Position numbers and translations under genes: made by a program. A stretch of DNA of 64,000 bases from positions 1,233-65,232 of the forward strand of contig JAPLJZ010000247.1 in assembly GCA_026388335.1 (NCBI GenBank). The letters run 5' to 3'. Positions 27,362 through 37,086 of this stretch are shown piece by piece; positions within the stretch are counted from its first letter, which is position 1, and each line of letters starts with the position of its first letter. A model generated the notes under the pieces. It worked only from the letters and a program-made list of their open reading frames with translations. It was not told the DNA's origin and ran no database searches. Source of the stretch: Deltaproteobacteria bacterium. GTDB taxonomy: Bacteria > Desulfobacterota > Syntrophia > Syntrophales > UBA8958.

Positions 27362-28036
27362 TTATAGTTTTACCGCATCATCCAGAAACATTCTTACCGT
27401 TTCCTTGGAATAAGGATGGACCAGCATCCCTTCCAACAGGTTCGGCAGCACGGTTACGATATGGGCACCCGCTTCCAGCCATTCGATAACATTCAAGATT
27501 TCTCGCGTCGAGGCAACGATGATTTTTGCATCCAAATCCTGTAAATCGAGAACTTGACGGAGTTTGACAATCTCATCACAGACATTATAGCCCATATTAT
27601 TGACCCTGCCTCCAAATAGGGAAATATAGGAAGCCCCCGCCATTGCTGCCAACAGGCATTGTTGGGCGCTCATCATGGCCGTCACATTCACCCGTACGTC
27701 ATATTTAGTTTCCAGATCATGGATCACACCCATGTTGTCCAGTTCTCCGTTTGGACCATGAATCGTAATCTTCACTACCACATTTTCCGCCCACTTTGCA
27801 AATTCGCGGGCCTGTTTGACCATATCCTGGGGATCGTTTGTGGTAACCTCCACCGAAACCGGATAAGGGGCGATCAATTGAGCAATTTTTATCGTTTGCT
27901 TCTTAATCCCCCCCAAACCGCCGGTGATTCCGTCTTTAAACATTATCGTTGGATTGGTTGTGACGCCTCTGATAATGCCCATCTTATGGTACTTTTGAAT
28001 CTCCTTGATTTTGCTGGTATCCAGAAATATAGCCAC
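27362..28036 (-). CDS. transaldolase / fructose-6-phosphate aldolase family (short, type 3B)
   Basis: FLDTSKIKEIQKYHKMGIIRGVTTNPTIM and the ~220 aa length are characteristic. Confidence 0.85.
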   Translation of the reverse strand: MAIFLDTSKIKEIQKYHKMGIIRGVTTNPTIMFKDGITGGLGGIKKQTIKIAQLIAPYPVSVEVTTNDPQDMVKQAREFAKWAENVVVKITIHGPNGELDNMGVIHDLETKYDVRVNVTAMMSAQQCLLAAMAGASYISLFGGRVNNMGYNVCDEIVKLRQVLDLQDLDAKIIVASTREILNVIEWLEAGAHIVTVLPNLLEGMLVHPYSKETVRMFLDDAVKL

Positions 28037-28054
28037 CTTGTTTTCCCCCTCCCT

Positions 28055-28597
28055 TTAAGTGTCTTTATTCTTTATGATGATCTCTAAAGCGCTTTTGAGA
28101 TTCTCGATCCGGTAATCGCCTCCGACATCCTGATTATACAGCGCATCAATCAAAATGCATGTGCAGCCTGCCTTTTTGCCTGCTTCCATGTCTTTCCATC
28201 CATCGCCGACCATGAATGATTGTGCCAGGTCGATGCCCCATTTCCCAGCGCCTTCCAGCAGCATCCCCGGCAGGGGTTTTCTGCATGTGCAGGCATGCTG
28301 ATCGTCATGCGGGCAAACGAGCAGATCATCCACATGGGTTTCCGACAGCACCCGCTCTGTCATCCAATCAAAGTCAGCCGTAGAAAGCAACCCCCTCGCA
28401 ATGTCAGGCTGGTTGGTCACCACCAGCACTTTGAAGCCTGCCGCCTGCAGCTCCCGAATCGCCGCCGACGCACCTTCTATAACCCTGAATTCCTCCCGCG
28501 TCCGGGGAGAAAACGCTTTACCATCGCGAATAATGGCATGATTGATAACCCCGTCGCGATCGAGAAAAACTGCACGGTTCACTTCACGCTTTCCCAT
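28055..28597 (-). CDS. gmhB: D-glycero-D-manno-heptose 1,7-bisphosphate phosphatase (HAD-IIIA)
   Basis: AVFLDRDGVIN (DxDG), Zn-finger-like CPHDDQHACTCRKP, and MVGDGWKDMEAG. The track ORF extends to 28645; ATG at 28597 is the likely start. Confidence 0.8.
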   Translation of the reverse strand: MGKREVNRAVFLDRDGVINHAIIRDGKAFSPRTREEFRVIEGASAAIRELQAAGFKVLVVTNQPDIARGLLSTADFDWMTERVLSETHVDDLLVCPHDDQHACTCRKPLPGMLLEGAGKWGIDLAQSFMVGDGWKDMEAGKKAGCTCILIDALYNQDVGGDYRIENLKSALEIIIKNKDT

Positions 28598-29175
28598 TTC
28601 ATCTCCGAAATTTTCATGTCCGGATGGGAAACAATCATATGCCAAACCACGGCCTGAAAGGCCTCCGTATGGGGCGTCACCGTCTCTGGATTGACAGTGG
28701 GAATGATCACACAGACGTCTGCGACCTGTGCCGTATAGCCGCCATCACGGCCAACCACACCGAATACCTTTGCCCCGACTTCTTTGGCATATTCCAAGGC
28801 GCGGACCAGATTCATACTGATGTTCTTTTCAGCATTGCCCCCGCCTACGGAAAACACGAAAACGCCATCTTCTTTTCGTAATCGGCTTCCTTTCAACCAG
28901 TTCACAAAAGAGGTGTCCCAGCCGTCGTCATTTACACGTGCCGTTAATTCCGAGACATTATCCGTGGGCGCATAGCTTTCAATCCCGCAGATCTTCCGGA
29001 AGTCGTTCACTGCATGGGAGGCATTGCCCGCCCCTCCGCCGACGCCCAGAAAGAAAAGCCGTCCATTCGTCCCGCGCAGATCCACTAATAATTGAACCAT
29101 CTTTTCTATGACAGCTTTATCCATTTCCCCAATGATTTTATATAATTCATCAATATAAACATCTACGTATGGCAT
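28579..29175 (-). CDS. gmhA: phosphoheptose isomerase (SIS domain)
   Basis: LFFLGVGGGAGNASHAVNDFRK...FSVGGGN matches the GmhA SIS signature. Confidence 0.85.
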   Translation of the reverse strand: MPYVDVYIDELYKIIGEMDKAVIEKMVQLLVDLRGTNGRLFFLGVGGGAGNASHAVNDFRKICGIESYAPTDNVSELTARVNDDGWDTSFVNWLKGSRLRKEDGVFVFSVGGGNAEKNISMNLVRALEYAKEVGAKVFGVVGRDGGYTAQVADVCVIIPTVNPETVTPHTEAFQAVVWHMIVSHPDMKISEMKWESVK

Positions 29176-29177
29176 TT

Positions 29178-30107
29178 TTATATATTTCCCTTCTCAATTT
29201 CGCTTTTAATATAGGCAATGGCGTTTCTGAGGCCCGTCTCGATATCGGTCTTCGGCACCCACCCCAGCTTCCGTGCCGCAGTTATATCGGCCAGCGTCGT
29301 CTCTGCTTCGCCCGGCAGATCCGGATTCCGAACCGGCGGGATATGAATGCCGAGCATCTCGGTAAGCATCGCGTAAATATCATTGACGGAATAGTTTACA
29401 CCGGCGCCGAGATTAAAAACCTGATTATCCGTACGCTCATCCGTCAAACACTGGACATGAAAATCATTGACGTCATCCACATAGACAAAATCCCTGCGCT
29501 TTTCCCCTGTTCCATAGATGATGGGCGTTTCTCCCCTGAGGAGCTTGATAATGAAGGCACTCATGACCGGCGGGATCGTCCGCCGGTAATCCTGAACGGG
29601 GCCATAGACGCAGAAATAACGCAAGGCCGTCGAATTCAGACCATAAAAGCGTTGGTAGGCGTCGGCAAAATATTTCGTGGCCATTTTGCTGACGGCATAA
29701 AAGCTTTCGGGCGCCTCATCCCATTCCGGGGTCGGGTACGTCTTTGCCCCTTCATACAGCGCCGAGCTTTCCGCGTAGATCACTTTACGAACACCGGCCA
29801 GACGGGTGGCTTCAAAGACGTTGACCGTCCCCCGGACGTTGATATCCGCCGTTTCTACGGGGTCCTGCTGGCAATCGGCGATGCAATTCTTTGCCGCAAG
29901 GTGAAATACCGCATCGATTCCGCCGAAAAATGGATACATGGCTTTATCCCGAATGTCCTGCTGATGGAATGCGATGCCGGCCGGAATATTCTCCCGCAAC
30001 CCATAGGCAAGGTTATCAATACCAACGACCTCATGGCCTTCCTTCAAAAGCCTTACACCAAGATTAGATCCAATGAATCCGGCAACCCCAGTAATTAATA
30101 CTTTCAT
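29178..30107 (-). CDS. NAD-dependent nucleotide-sugar epimerase/dehydratase (extended SDR)
   Basis: MKVLITGVAGFIGSNL (GxxGxxG) and YAVSK (YxxxK). Confidence 0.85.
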   Translation of the reverse strand: MKVLITGVAGFIGSNLGVRLLKEGHEVVGIDNLAYGLRENIPAGIAFHQQDIRDKAMYPFFGGIDAVFHLAAKNCIADCQQDPVETADINVRGTVNVFEATRLAGVRKVIYAESSALYEGAKTYPTPEWDEAPESFYAVSKMATKYFADAYQRFYGLNSTALRYFCVYGPVQDYRRTIPPVMSAFIIKLLRGETPIIYGTGEKRRDFVYVDDVNDFHVQCLTDERTDNQVFNLGAGVNYSVNDIYAMLTEMLGIHIPPVRNPDLPGEAETTLADITAARKLGWVPKTDIETGLRNAIAYIKSEIEKGNI

Positions 30108-30117
30108 CTACTGTCCT

Positions 30118-30849
30118 TTATTGTTTTTTCCCCGACAAGATCTTCGCAGCCAACTGATTCGCCCTCTCATACGCATCCAGATCATCGATCCCGATAATCG
30201 GTTCATCCATCTTTACGGCGTACATGCAGTCGCCACGCCGCAGCAACGCGGGGAAGACATCATAACTAAAATCACAATATTTTCCAGGCGGGATGTCTTT
30301 AAGAATCCGGGGATGCATGTAGAAAAACCCGGCGTTGACATAATGACTCGTGACCTCTTCCACCTGGGGCTTTTCGACGATTCGCAGGATGCTGCCATCT
30401 TCCGCCATCTCGATCATACCGCTATGCGTTACATCATCCCGCCAGTGGACGGCCATAACAGCCATCGGTGTAGCTACGCTCCGATCATCGAAGCAGGCCT
30501 TCAAAAGACCCAGATCCCACCTGCTGAAATTATCCCCATAAATCATGTAAAAAGGATCATCAAAGAAATCAGCCACTTTTTTGACAGCGCCTGCCGTCCC
30601 CAGCAAAACAGGCTCGAAAGAATAATGGACCGTCATTCCAAATCGCGATCCATCGCCAACAAAATCCTTGACCTGATCCTGAAGATAATGAAGATTGATG
30701 GCACATTCCGTAACACCATGTTCTTTCAACCAGTTCAATGTCCATTCAATCAACGGCCGCCCCGCCAACGGCATCAGACACTTCGGCCTGTCATCCGTCA
30801 GGGGCTTCAGTCTGTTTCCCATTCCGGCTGCCAGAACCATGGCTTTCAA
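30118..30849 (-). CDS. hddC: sugar-1-phosphate nucleotidyltransferase, probable D-glycero-alpha-D-manno-heptose-1-P guanylyltransferase
   Basis: MKAMVLAAGMGNRLKPLTDDRPKCLMPL (NTP_transferase G-loop). The assignment to heptose rests on context with gmhA/gmhB/hddA. Confidence 0.65.
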   Translation of the reverse strand: MKAMVLAAGMGNRLKPLTDDRPKCLMPLAGRPLIEWTLNWLKEHGVTECAINLHYLQDQVKDFVGDGSRFGMTVHYSFEPVLLGTAGAVKKVADFFDDPFYMIYGDNFSRWDLGLLKACFDDRSVATPMAVMAVHWRDDVTHSGMIEMAEDGSILRIVEKPQVEEVTSHYVNAGFFYMHPRILKDIPPGKYCDFSYDVFPALLRRGDCMYAVKMDEPIIGIDDLDAYERANQLAAKILSGKKQ

Positions 30850-31925
30850 GAGTCAACCTCGCTAATTTTTACCGGACGATTTTCCTTTGCGGACAGATAC
30901 ACCGCCGCGAGCATCCGGTTCGCCTCCAGACCGTCGCACCCGCTTCCCAAGGGTTCCCGCCCTTCTCGAATCGCCGCCGTAAATTCCTGCCATTCCATCT
31001 CCCAGGAGACATCCGGTCCGTCAAAGATGATCGTCTCTTCCTCCGGCGCCCCCCCAAGATACTGATTCTTATTTCCCCCTTTTTTCACAGGCCGTTTCCC
31101 AATGATCAATTTCTCAACACCATAACTCCCCCCAAGGCCTTCAATAATCAAGTAACCGGCCTCGCCGAATATCTCGAAGGTGAAACGATTCTTCCACTGG
31201 GTCCAACTGGTGTGCATCATGGCCGTCTGTCCGTCTGAAGTGCGGAAAATGGCGAAGGCGTTGTCCTCCACTTCCACCGGCCAATAGCAGGTTTGGGTGT
31301 AACCCATAGCTTCCTCAAAATCACCCAGGAACCAGCGAAAAAGGTCCACCACGTGGACACCCTGATCCAAAAGTTCCCCGCCGCCGCAGATCTCTTTGCT
31401 GGCCCGCCATTCCTTTTCATAACCGGGCCTGCCGCCGTGACCGTAGATGCAACGGGCATAATAGATCTGCCCGATAGCCCCTTTACTTACAAGATCATGC
31501 GCTTCGAAGATCGCCGGATGGTGCCTGTGATTGAATCCCGTCTTGAGGATCGCACCGTTCTCCCGGGCTACCTTGACCAGCCGCTCGGACTCCCAGGGAT
31601 TCCGGCCCAATGGCTTTTCGCACAACACGTTAATCCCCCGTTGCAATGCCCAGAGGCTGATTTTCTTCAGATATTTATTCGGCGTCGCTACGATTACGGC
31701 ATCTAACTTTTCCTCGCTCAACATATCCCGCCAGTCCTGACAAGCGCGGCCACCCGCGCCCGCACCGAATTGCTGCAATAAACCGGCGGCGTTGATGACA
31801 TTGACGTCAGAGGCGGCGCGCAGCACGGACGCTGGATCATTTTTAATGACCGCAGCCCGTTTGTTGCCGATCAAACCGCAGCCGATGATGCCAACTTTCA
31901 AGATGTCGTTGTTTATGATAGTCAT
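30846..31925 (-). CDS. Gfo/Idh/MocA-family oxidoreductase
   Basis: LKVGIIGCGLIGNKRA Rossmann N-terminus and an EKP motif (LCEKPL). Confidence 0.8.
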   Translation of the reverse strand: MTIINNDILKVGIIGCGLIGNKRAAVIKNDPASVLRAASDVNVINAAGLLQQFGAGAGGRACQDWRDMLSEEKLDAVIVATPNKYLKKISLWALQRGINVLCEKPLGRNPWESERLVKVARENGAILKTGFNHRHHPAIFEAHDLVSKGAIGQIYYARCIYGHGGRPGYEKEWRASKEICGGGELLDQGVHVVDLFRWFLGDFEEAMGYTQTCYWPVEVEDNAFAIFRTSDGQTAMMHTSWTQWKNRFTFEIFGEAGYLIIEGLGGSYGVEKLIIGKRPVKKGGNKNQYLGGAPEEETIIFDGPDVSWEMEWQEFTAAIREGREPLGSGCDGLEANRMLAAVYLSAKENRPVKISEVDS

Positions 31926-31972
31926 AAGCGTTCCACAAAACCTAATAAATACGAGGGACAGAGCCCTATTTA

Positions 31973-32944
31973 TTATTTATATGGCTGCCGTCTAAGCATA
32001 CCAGCCGCGCCAGGATCTTTCCCTTCAAAATGTATCACGTATTCTTTATAGGGTTCGTTGACGTGAATCAGGCGGCCCGAAAGGCATTCAGGACGCTGCT
32101 CCGCCAGATAAAGGCATAATTCCGACACCTTTCCCGGCGGGGTCCCACCCTCAGCATCGGTCTGTACTGCTTCCGCATAGGCCCGTTCCCCTGCCGCTTC
32201 CTGACAGGCAAGCACTTCTTCAGTCATGCGTGTCCGCACGGCCCCCGGCGCTATGGCATAGATCTTAATTCCCTCTGAGCAGTCAATTCTCAATTCTTCA
32301 TGAATCGACTCCACCAGCCTCAGCATACCGGTTTTACTTGCCCCGTAAGCAGAAAAATTGGGGCGTGCATAGGCCGCCCCGCCTCCGGAAAAAATAATGA
32401 TCACACCCCGCTGCGCCTTGAGCATCCGGCTAAGACCGGCTTGGCATACATGGAAGACCCCGTTCAGATTGGCGGCGACGGCTTCGCACCATTTGTTAGG
32501 TTCGTTTTTCCAAAGAGGTCCGATCGGGCCTTGCAGGGCTGCAGCGTTGACGATAACATCGAAGCCACCGAAGCATTGAACATGCTCTTCGATCACCCCC
32601 GCCACGCTTTCAAAGGAAGTCACATCGGCAACCTGCCCACGGATTTTCATGCTTCGTTGTGCCCGCGCCTGGGCATGGGTGTTAGACAGCACCGCGCCCC
32701 CCGATGCATGTCCTGCACCATCCTGTTCTATCGAAGTAGGAATCACTCGGCGCAACTCCTGCACTGAATTCTCATCCTGCTCAACCGCCACAAATGTAAC
32801 GCATCTCAACTCCTGAACCGTGCGATCTACCGGCCCCAGTGACCTGGCGGCAATAGTCACGCCGTAGCCGGCAGAAACAAAGGAATCGGCCACGACCCGG
32901 CCAATCCCCCCGGAACCTCCAAAAATGATGGCTGACTTATGCAC
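31973..32944 (-). CDS. short-chain dehydrogenase/reductase with a ~50 aa internal insertion
   Basis: IIFGGSGGIGR (TGxxxGxG-like) and YGASK (YxxxK). The insertion contains an 18-aa diverged tandem duplication. Confidence 0.75.
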   Translation of the reverse strand: MHKSAIIFGGSGGIGRVVADSFVSAGYGVTIAARSLGPVDRTVQELRCVTFVAVEQDENSVQELRRVIPTSIEQDGAGHASGGAVLSNTHAQARAQRSMKIRGQVADVTSFESVAGVIEEHVQCFGGFDVIVNAAALQGPIGPLWKNEPNKWCEAVAANLNGVFHVCQAGLSRMLKAQRGVIIIFSGGGAAYARPNFSAYGASKTGMLRLVESIHEELRIDCSEGIKIYAIAPGAVRTRMTEEVLACQEAAGERAYAEAVQTDAEGGTPPGKVSELCLYLAEQRPECLSGRLIHVNEPYKEYVIHFEGKDPGAAGMLRRQPYK

Positions 32945-33945
32945 TACCTCACCCCATCCACAATGTTCATCAGGACTTTTGAACCCTCGAAGTCAAACCG
33001 ATAACGCATTTCCCGGAGGCCCAGTTCCTTCATTTTCTCCCGGAACCGGGCCTGATGCTTTTCCACATAAAACAAAAAGAACCCACCGCCGCCCGCCCCG
33101 GAAATCTTCCCGCCCAGGGCGCCGTTCTCCTTGGCAAGGTCGTAAATCTCATCAAACCGCTTGTTGGACATCTTCGTAGATATTCTTTTCTTATACTGCC
33201 AATGCTGATCGAACAGCAGGCCCACATCGGTGATATTGCCGCTCTCCACGGCCTCCAGGATCTTGTAACCCAATTCCTTGATGTAGTGCATGCTTTCCAC
33301 CACGCTCTTCTTTTCCTCTTTGGCCCCCCGGCTCTGCTCGGAAAGAATGGTATCCGCACTCCGGGAGGACCCCGTGTAAAACATGAGGATGTTGCAACTC
33401 AACTCATCCAGGGCGTTGTCTGTCACATTAGCAGCACGAACCTTCACCGTCCCGTCTTTGCCGATCTCCAGCACCGTCAGCCCCCCGAATGCGGCCATGT
33501 ATTGATCCTGTTTGCCGATCGGCTTGCCCAAGCGGTTGATCTCAAGATCGCAGGCCATCTCGGCCAGATCCTGGAGGGATAAATACTGCCGCTTCATGGA
33601 CTGCAAAGCCCGTAGGAGCCCCACAGCATAGCAACTCGATGAGCCCAAGCCGGTGCCGGCTGGTACGTCGGCCATGGAAATGATCTCTACGGCCTTTTCC
33701 ACCCCCATCATGCGCAGGGCCTCTTTAGCGATGTCATGCTGGAGATCTTCCCGGTGCTCTACCGTTTCAGATATCGAGTATTTGACCCGCACCATATCGT
33801 CAACGATGGGACGATTAAGATTGATGTACATGTATTTATTGATGGCTGCGGCAAATATAAAACCGCCGTATTTTGAATAATAAGACGTAAGGTCTGTCCC
33901 GCCACCGCCCAGAGTAAAGCGGAATGGTGTTCTTGTGATAATCAT
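32944..33945 (-). CDS. hddA: GHMP kinase, probable D-glycero-alpha-D-manno-heptose 7-phosphate kinase
   Basis: MIITRTPFRFTLGGGGTDL...YGGFIFAAAINKYMYI and the GHMP motif PAGTGLGSSS. Confidence 0.75.
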   Translation of the reverse strand: MIITRTPFRFTLGGGGTDLTSYYSKYGGFIFAAAINKYMYINLNRPIVDDMVRVKYSISETVEHREDLQHDIAKEALRMMGVEKAVEIISMADVPAGTGLGSSSCYAVGLLRALQSMKRQYLSLQDLAEMACDLEINRLGKPIGKQDQYMAAFGGLTVLEIGKDGTVKVRAANVTDNALDELSCNILMFYTGSSRSADTILSEQSRGAKEEKKSVVESMHYIKELGYKILEAVESGNITDVGLLFDQHWQYKKRISTKMSNKRFDEIYDLAKENGALGGKISGAGGGGFFLFYVEKHQARFREKMKELGLREMRYRFDFEGSKVLMNIVDGVR

Positions 33946-34530
33946 TTAAGCGCCTTCCTGCATCAATTTACATTCTGTCTCAGAAATAGAATACATGCGC
34001 CTGCATGTACAGGACACTACACTAACTGAACCATCACTACTCGGCAACTTCAACCCGCAGACACACATCCATCCTTTTGACCGTGCAGGATTGCCGTGAA
34101 CCAGCGCATGGGCCGTCACCATTCTTGTCACCACCGCGCCTGCGCCGACCGAGGCATATCGCCCGATTTTCACGCCGGGGGCGATGATCGCCCCCGCACC
34201 AATACTGACGCCATCTTCAATAATAATGGGTTCATAGGTCTTGGGATAACCGCTCCGCGGGTACCGCTCATTCGAGAACACCGCATGCGGCCCCAAAAAA
34301 ACATCATTGCCGATCATGGTTCCTTCCCAAAGGGAGATACCGTTTTTCACCACCACCCGGTCACCGATCTTCACCCCGTTTTCGATGAAGCAGTGCTCGC
34401 CGACATTGCACGACGCACCGATGGAAACCTGTTCTTGGACATGGCTCCAGCCCCAAATCCTGGTACCCTCGCCAATACTGCGTGTCTCAACAATAGCCAA
34501 GGGGTGGACAAAAAAGGGGTTCTCTGTCAT
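33946..34530 (-). CDS. left-handed beta-helix (hexapeptide) acyl/acetyltransferase with Cys-rich C-terminal tail
   Basis: Hexapeptide repeats (IGDRVVVKNGISLWEGTMIGNDVFLG..). C-terminal CVCG...SCTCRR. The first 38 codons of the track ORF are repeat-derived; Met at 34530 is the likely start. Confidence 0.8.
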   Translation of the reverse strand: MTENPFFVHPLAIVETRSIGEGTRIWGWSHVQEQVSIGASCNVGEHCFIENGVKIGDRVVVKNGISLWEGTMIGNDVFLGPHAVFSNERYPRSGYPKTYEPIIIEDGVSIGAGAIIAPGVKIGRYASVGAGAVVTRMVTAHALVHGNPARSKGWMCVCGLKLPSSDGSVSVVSCTCRRMYSISETECKLMQEGA

Positions 34531-34536
34531 CAAGAA

Positions 34537-34574
34537 ACACCCCCACCCTCCCCCTGCAATGGGGAGGGAAATGG
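34537..34574. repeat. family-B GC-hairpin repeat in the short gap between two genes
   Basis: ACACCCCCACCCTCCCCCTGCAATGGGGAGGGAAATGG. Confidence 0.75.
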
Positions 34575-34615
34575 AAGGACATTCTCCCTTGCTGGGAGTG
34601 AATTTAAAAGAGTTG

Positions 34616-35590
34616 TCATTGTTTGAACTGCAACACTGATTCAAATAGTTCCATGACTTTCAGCATGAAGCCGCCATCCGTCAATGGCCGCTGCCTTTCG
34701 CGGATACACATGATAAAATGATCCACCACATTGGCCAAGGGCTCGCCCGCACCATGCGGCAAGGCAGTTTCTGTCTTCTCTTCAAACTTGAAAAGGGTCA
34801 ACTTTTTCTCCGGATCAAGGTCATCGAAGATGAGCTGCTGCCGGCCATCGGCAATCAACAATTCACGACGGCGCTCCGGTAGTGTCCAACTCAAACCAAC
34901 ATGGATCGGAAAGCGCTGCGATTCCAATCTGATCATGGCCGTATCGCAACACGTCCCGGATATGCCATACAAGCGATGCACGGCAACCGGCGCAAAAACC
35001 TCATTAGGGAACAGGTATGTCAGGATGGCCGCATCATGGAAGAACAGATCCCGGATCACATCCGTTCCCTGATCCAACATGGTCGTCCTGAGTCTGGCGA
35101 TATTATGCATCCGCAGGTCATTACCGTAACGCAGGGATTGGATAAACCCAATCTCCGGAAAAAGTTCCTTATCCAATAAATGCCTGATCTCACGGACAGG
35201 ATCGCTATAGACAAATGTTGAATCCATCATAAATACAAAATGATCCCGATCTGCCATCTCCACAAGTATTTCCAGCTCTGTCAAAGTCTGCGTCGGCGGC
35301 TTGGTCATAAGGACGTGTTTGCCTGCCGCAAATGCCGCCTTCGCCAACTCAAAATGGGTCGGCGGCGGCGTGGCGATTACTACACCCACCACATCTGGCA
35401 TCTCCAGAACGCGCGAGGGATCTTCATACAAGACCACATTTGGGTAGCTCTTCATCTCTTCCCGCCGCGCCGCCCAGGGATCACAACCAGAAATCTTTGA
35501 TACTTGAGGATTTGCCGATAAATTGCGCAACAGCTTCGATCCCCACCAGCCAAGGCCTAAAACCGCAATATGCAGCATATCTCCCCTCAT
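34616..35590 (-). CDS. Gfo/Idh/MocA-family oxidoreductase
   Basis: IAVLGLGWWGSKLLRNL Rossmann N-terminus and LMTKPP (EKP-like). Confidence 0.7.
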   Translation of the reverse strand: MRGDMLHIAVLGLGWWGSKLLRNLSANPQVSKISGCDPWAARREEMKSYPNVVLYEDPSRVLEMPDVVGVVIATPPPTHFELAKAAFAAGKHVLMTKPPTQTLTELEILVEMADRDHFVFMMDSTFVYSDPVREIRHLLDKELFPEIGFIQSLRYGNDLRMHNIARLRTTMLDQGTDVIRDLFFHDAAILTYLFPNEVFAPVAVHRLYGISGTCCDTAMIRLESQRFPIHVGLSWTLPERRRELLIADGRQQLIFDDLDPEKKLTLFKFEEKTETALPHGAGEPLANVVDHFIMCIRERQRPLTDGGFMLKVMELFESVLQFKQ

Positions 35591-37050
35591 GAAATTCTGC
35601 TCCCATCGCCAAAGATGACCACAGGAATGGTTCGCAACATGATTTCCAGATCAAGCAACAGAGACCAGTTCTGAATGTAATAAAGATCCAGGGCGACCAT
35701 GTCGTCATAAGAAACGTCGCTTCTCGCCCGAACCTGCCACAAACCCGTTATCCCCGGCTTCATTTGAAAACGTCTTTTTTGCCAGGGTTTATAGAAACTT
35801 AATTCCGTCACGGAACAGAAACGGGGACCCACCAAACTCATTTCGCCCCTGAATACGTTGATCAACTGAGGCAACTCATCCAATGAATACTTGCGCAAAA
35901 AACGGCCCACTTTGGTAATCCTGCATTCGTTTTCCACGAAGTATGCGTCCTTTACCCGCCCCTGGATAAAATCCTGCATAAACTCAAGATGCCTCTTTTT
36001 ACCTTCTTCATACGCTTGCTTCTCTTCCGGCGAGGGACTATTTTCAGGAATCATGCTGCGGAATTTGTAAGTGAGAAAAACCTTTTCCCCTTTGCCGACA
36101 ACCGTCGGCCGATAAAAAACAGGACCTCGAGATTCGCTTTTGATAGCCCAGATAATGGCGCAAAAAACCGGGCTTACCAATAAGAGGGCCAAGGCAGAAC
36201 ACAAGAGGTCTATCATTCGTTTTATGCCAGCGCGGACAATGCCGTGCTGGCGGGATTCGATGCGATATGTGATCAGCCCGCCAAAGGCCTCTGCTTCCAG
36301 TTTCTCAGTCACGTGCGAAAAAAGGTTCGATATGACATGAATCACCAAATCGGCTTCCTTGCACCGTTCGATCAACGCGACCAGATCCCCCCGGTTAATA
36401 TTGCTGATGGCAATGATCACCTCCTGGATTTTTGCTTGCACCTTCAATTGGGGTATATCGGAGCTAGAACCCAGTACCGGAAACCCGAAGGCATATGTAC
36501 CCAGTAAATTGGGGTTGTCATCGCAAAACCCGACAATCTCAAAGTAATTCTCATGGCTTTGCCGCAGATGATCCAGCACCTGTTGGCCATGCTCACCGGC
36601 GCCCATGATGAGTGCCCGCTTCTTGATGATCCCCTTGTCAACAAAATAATAGAAAACCAGAGGAACCGTCAGGACACGCGCAAGGATCATGAATGTGAAA
36701 CTGAAAAGGAAACCAAGGCCGATGGTCAGGCGGCTGTCGGCAATGTACGCAGTCTTCATAAAGAAAACGAGCAGGATAAATGCCGCCAAAACCCGGAAAT
36801 AACATTTCAACAGCGACTGCACCTGATGGACAGGATTTGCAATGGCCTGATACTTGTACAGCCCGTTCAACTGAAACACGACCAGAAAGATCACCGTGAG
36901 CACGATGATGGAGGGGATGAAATAAGGCGGATATGCACGCGCAGATCCATAGAGACCGGAGTCAAAAACGTACCAGAAGGACAGGGAAAAACCGGCCACC
37001 AGCAGGGTGATGTCCAAAAGGGCTAATGAGATTTTATGTTTAGAAATCAT
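35587..37050 (-). CDS. polyprenyl-phosphate hexose-1-phosphate transferase (WbaP/EpsB-type priming enzyme)
   Basis: 4-5 N-terminal TM helices, a central Rossmann-like domain, and a C-terminal Bac_transf domain (KRMIDLLCSALALLLVSPVF...SLVGPR...PGITGLWQV). Confidence 0.9.
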   Translation of the reverse strand: MISKHKISLALLDITLLVAGFSLSFWYVFDSGLYGSARAYPPYFIPSIIVLTVIFLVVFQLNGLYKYQAIANPVHQVQSLLKCYFRVLAAFILLVFFMKTAYIADSRLTIGLGFLFSFTFMILARVLTVPLVFYYFVDKGIIKKRALIMGAGEHGQQVLDHLRQSHENYFEIVGFCDDNPNLLGTYAFGFPVLGSSSDIPQLKVQAKIQEVIIAISNINRGDLVALIERCKEADLVIHVISNLFSHVTEKLEAEAFGGLITYRIESRQHGIVRAGIKRMIDLLCSALALLLVSPVFCAIIWAIKSESRGPVFYRPTVVGKGEKVFLTYKFRSMIPENSPSPEEKQAYEEGKKRHLEFMQDFIQGRVKDAYFVENECRITKVGRFLRKYSLDELPQLINVFRGEMSLVGPRFCSVTELSFYKPWQKRRFQMKPGITGLWQVRARSDVSYDDMVALDLYYIQNWSLLLDLEIMLRTIPVVIFGDGSRIS

Positions 37051-37086
37051 GATAAGACGAAGCGAACGGCAGGGTCTTGACGGCGA

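Noticed and set aside
29169-31065. Long plus-strand ORFs (29169..30098, 309 aa; 30073..31065, 330 aa). Similar mirror ORFs occur elsewhere (23368..24432, 16562..17257, 5258..5791, 8147..8659, 36553..37026).
   Set aside because: They lie exactly antisense to minus-strand genes with clear family motifs (GxxGxxG SDR, NTP-transferase, GH2, FecR-like, Wzc). Their translations are low-complexity, Arg/Pro/His-rich and without motifs. They are typical shadow ORFs of GC-rich coding DNA.
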